DNA of 64,000 bases from Monocercomonoides exilis PA203 (taxonomy: Eukaryota; Protista; Preaxostyla), in the NCBI GenBank assembly GCA_001643675.2, contig LSRY02000007.1, forward strand, positions 1,922,001-1,986,000, in the 5' to 3' direction. The notes beneath the pieces were generated by a model that saw only the letters and a list, made by a program, of their open reading frames with translations, was not told the DNA's origin and ran no database searches. Positions 61,421-64,000 of the stretch are shown here, one piece after another; the first letter of the stretch is position 1, and each line of letters starts with the position of its first letter. The position numbers and the translations under genes were made by a program.

Positions 61421-62751
61421 AATCAATTCTCCTTAAATCCAGAAAAAATATTCAGTTACAGTGATAGCAGTTTTCACTGGTTATTCGACAACAAAATAAT
61501 ATCAAATTTTAAAAAATGCTTTCTGTGCAACGAAGATATGTATTTTAATGCATATGGGTGATTATTTTTGAAATCATATTATTTCAGACAAAAATTTTGG
61601 TTCTGAAAATGATCTTGAATATTATCAGATGAACATTGAAAAGTGAAAAGGCTTTTTGAATTCATTTTAGTTGTTGATTCCGATAGACAATTTGTATTTA
61701 AAAACAATTATCATGCTTTTTCACTTTTGAATAAAAATATTCTTTTATAAAACTAACAATCTTTGAAAACCGACACACCGAAAAAAGTTATGATTTCAAA
61801 AATAATCACACATATTCAACATGTAGATTTTCCTATCACTGTAGAAAATTCAAATCCAATAATACAATAATAATTAATACTCCATAAAATCACACAAAAG
61901 CTAAAAATAGAACTCATATTACAAACTATTTTTTTATTTCACTTAGGCCTGTAGCAGCTTCAGGCCAGATCTCTTGCAGGTCTTGGCGAAAAAATCAGGG
62001 GTGAAATTTTTGCAATTTAACGACAAGCTTGTTATTTGGAATTCTACTCAAAAAAAGAAAAATTAGGAGGTGTTGGAAAGGTTGTCGAATTGGATGAGTG
62101 TTTGTTGCGGAAAAAGAAGAATCATAGGTGCAGATTTCAAAAGCAGGTTTGAATATTTGGAATCTATGAAAAAAATCCTTTGGAAAATAAAGCATTTATA
62201 ATTCCAGTGAAAAAAAGGATTAAAAAACGCTGCTAAATATTATCACAAAACCTGTTGAGTCTGGGACAATGAAATATTCAGATTGTACTAAAGCTTACTC
62301 AAAGTTGCCTGAGTTTGGTTTTGCGCACGAAACATTTGATCATTGCAAGGAATTAAATAATTAAATAACAACTGTTACACAAATACCATTGAAGCTGTCT
62401 GGAGTATGCAAAGAAGGTATTTGCAGCCAAATTAAACAAGCCTGTGTCACATTGAAGATTTAATTGCTTCATTGATATTGCAAAAAAATAGAAAAAGTTT
62501 CAATACAGAAGTTTTTTAAAATTGTTTTTGAATATAATTCAGAGAGATATGAGAAAACATACGATAAAGGATACGAAAAAAGTGAAGTTGAAACTGAAAC
62601 ATCAACGAGCAGCATTTCATCTGTTGGAACAGATGATACAAATGACACAGTATTAACAATTAAGAAAAAACGGAAGATGAAAAAGAAAAAGCTTCCAGCT
62701 AGGAAGAATCCGACACATTTTAATTCTTCAAACTTTAATTTGTTTGTCTAA
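61421..62751 (+). mobile_element. decayed Merlin (IS1595/ISXO2-like) DDE transposase, interrupted by a MITE
   Basis: WLFDNKII..CFLCNEDM zinc ribbon; LGGVGKVVELDE (D at 62093); KKKNHRCR..*IFGIYE; SDCTKAY (D at 62281); TNTIEAVW (E at 62391). Several stops and frameshifts. Confidence 0.85.
61552..61815. mobile_element. MITE with a 27-bp inverted repeat (including the ATAT flanks)
   Basis: 61552-61578 (ATATGGGTGATTATTTTTGAAATCATA) matches the reverse complement of 61789-61815 at 26/27. Removing 260 nt restores the host reading frame. Confidence 0.85.
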
Positions 62752-63930
62752 AAATTTTTATTTCAAAGCTCATTGAAAAAATAAGAAAACATATAATTTC
62801 ATTATTTAATTTTGGGTTTGATCAAAAAGGATGACATGATCGGAAGTTATGCCGAATTAAGACTTATGCATTTCTATTCCCAATTATATCCTAGAATTGT
62901 CAGGATGATTGTTGATGAAAATAAGAAAAAGGATGAAAAAGATGAAAAGCTCTTGGTTGATCTTTGTGAATGTTATTCGCTGCTCTCTAATGGTCTTGTT
63001 TCAACAGATATTGTTTCAATCTGTGTGCCTGTCCTTTTGAAAGTTGGATTGAACAAAAAGGAAAAGGAAGAATCGCAAAAAGAAGTTGAAATGGCTTTGC
63101 TTGTTTCGAGAAACATTGATGGCTCTTATGAATGGGTATTTTTATTTCGTTTTACAAGATTATGTAGTTTTCTTCTTCTTCTTCTTTCTTTTTTTCTTAT
63201 TTTCTATCGAATAACTTATCGAAATAATTATATTTGAATATGATCGTAGAAATTATACGCTATCATCAGGAACATCACAATCTTTCACGACTCACCTATC
63301 AGTGTACTTGGGAGTTTTTGACTTTCCGACTTTGGGTTGACTATGGCTTGAATGGAAAGGTTGTGAATAAGCTCCATTTTGTGAGAGAAGCAACCAGAGA
63401 ATTGGAAGATCTGTCAAAGAGTGTGGATTGGAAGAAAAAAGAAAAAAGAGGAAAATAAGCGAAAGAAGTGATAGTGATCTGGAGATGGATTGATATTGTT
63501 GATAATTACTTGACCTGGTCCACATTGTGGAACGAAGAACTTGCTGGACTTATCAGCAGCATTGTGAAGTTATATCGAGCTTCAAGAGATAATTACAAAG
63601 AAATAAACAATCATTGTATTTGTTTATTGAGAAGAGCATCGGAAAATAGAAATGTGAAAATTGAAGACTTGTTGAAGGAAGGTATTGTCGATCTTTGTTC
63701 TGAAGAAATGAAACAATCAACTTTGGAAGATGGGATTGTTTGGGATTGTTTGTATTTCTTTATGGATATTTCAAGAAGATTGAAAGAAAGAAGAGATAAT
63801 AACATGGAAGAAGAGAAAAGAAAAGAATTGAAAAGAAAGATATTCGAAAAGATGGAAGAAGAATGATACGAAGATACCATCACCAGCTTTCGTAAATTGT
63901 TTTATTATTTTTTTCATGCATTCTTCTAAA
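62750..63930 (+). pseudogene. pseudogenised copy of a Monocercomonoides-type expanded helical gene family
   Basis: MIVDENKKKDEKDEKLLVDLCECY, ICVPVLLKV..QKEVEMALL, EIIRYHQEHHNLSRLTYQ, LHFVREATRELEDL and KMEEE*YEDTI. In-frame stops at 63456 and 63864. Family recognised from memory. Confidence 0.7.
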
Positions 63931-64000
63931 TTGAATGAGATGTGAAAAAACAAAAGAATCAAAAAACCATCACATTTTCAATCAACAAGTCATGCTTCAA

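Noticed and set aside
62150-63866. In-frame TGA codons as readthrough or selenocysteine
   Set aside because: They co-occur with frameshifts and TAA stops and correspond to decayed TGG/GGA codons in pseudogenes.
1-64000. Non-standard genetic code (TAR=Gln), CRISPR arrays, rRNA/tRNA genes, telomeric repeats
   Set aside because: Long ORFs are TAR-free and several end in TAA. No spacer arrays, cloverleafs, rRNA motifs or TTAGGG runs were seen.

Overview
This is eukaryotic, AT-rich, intron-containing genomic DNA using the standard code. It most resembles the amitochondriate oxymonad Monocercomonoides exilis. That is an inference from Ser-inflated proteins, GTTTG-type splice donors, a GGA-motif surface-protein family and a lineage-typical expanded helical gene family at the right end. 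Genes, left to right: a Ser-rich hypothetical protein (-); a 4-exon TMEM222/RTE1-like gene (+); a ~8,850-aa USP9X/24/34-type deubiquitinase with a 26.5-kb uninterrupted ORF (+); a degenerate surface-protein relic (-); an Sfr1/Mei5-like recombination mediator (-); a 2,301-aa modular beta-helix-like surface protein (+); a ~2,400-aa Pif1 helicase (+); a 6-exon Rab4 (-); a TMEM185-family membrane protein (+); a decayed Merlin/IS1595-type transposase; and a pseudogenised family gene. Best leads: (1) a 260-bp MITE insertion whose removal restores the reading frame of the Merlin zinc ribbon; (2) a Rab4 with DTAGS in place of DTAGQ, a CxxC tail and an intron that is 1 nt out of frame under GT-AG splicing; (3) a TMEM222 with NS in place of the conserved NC; (4) an Sfr1 homologue; (5) GAA/TTC-driven protein inflation that splits conserved domains. 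I found no evidence for a multi-gene novel system, and no rRNA, tRNA or CRISPR array. All family calls are by-eye motif recognition; no searches were run.
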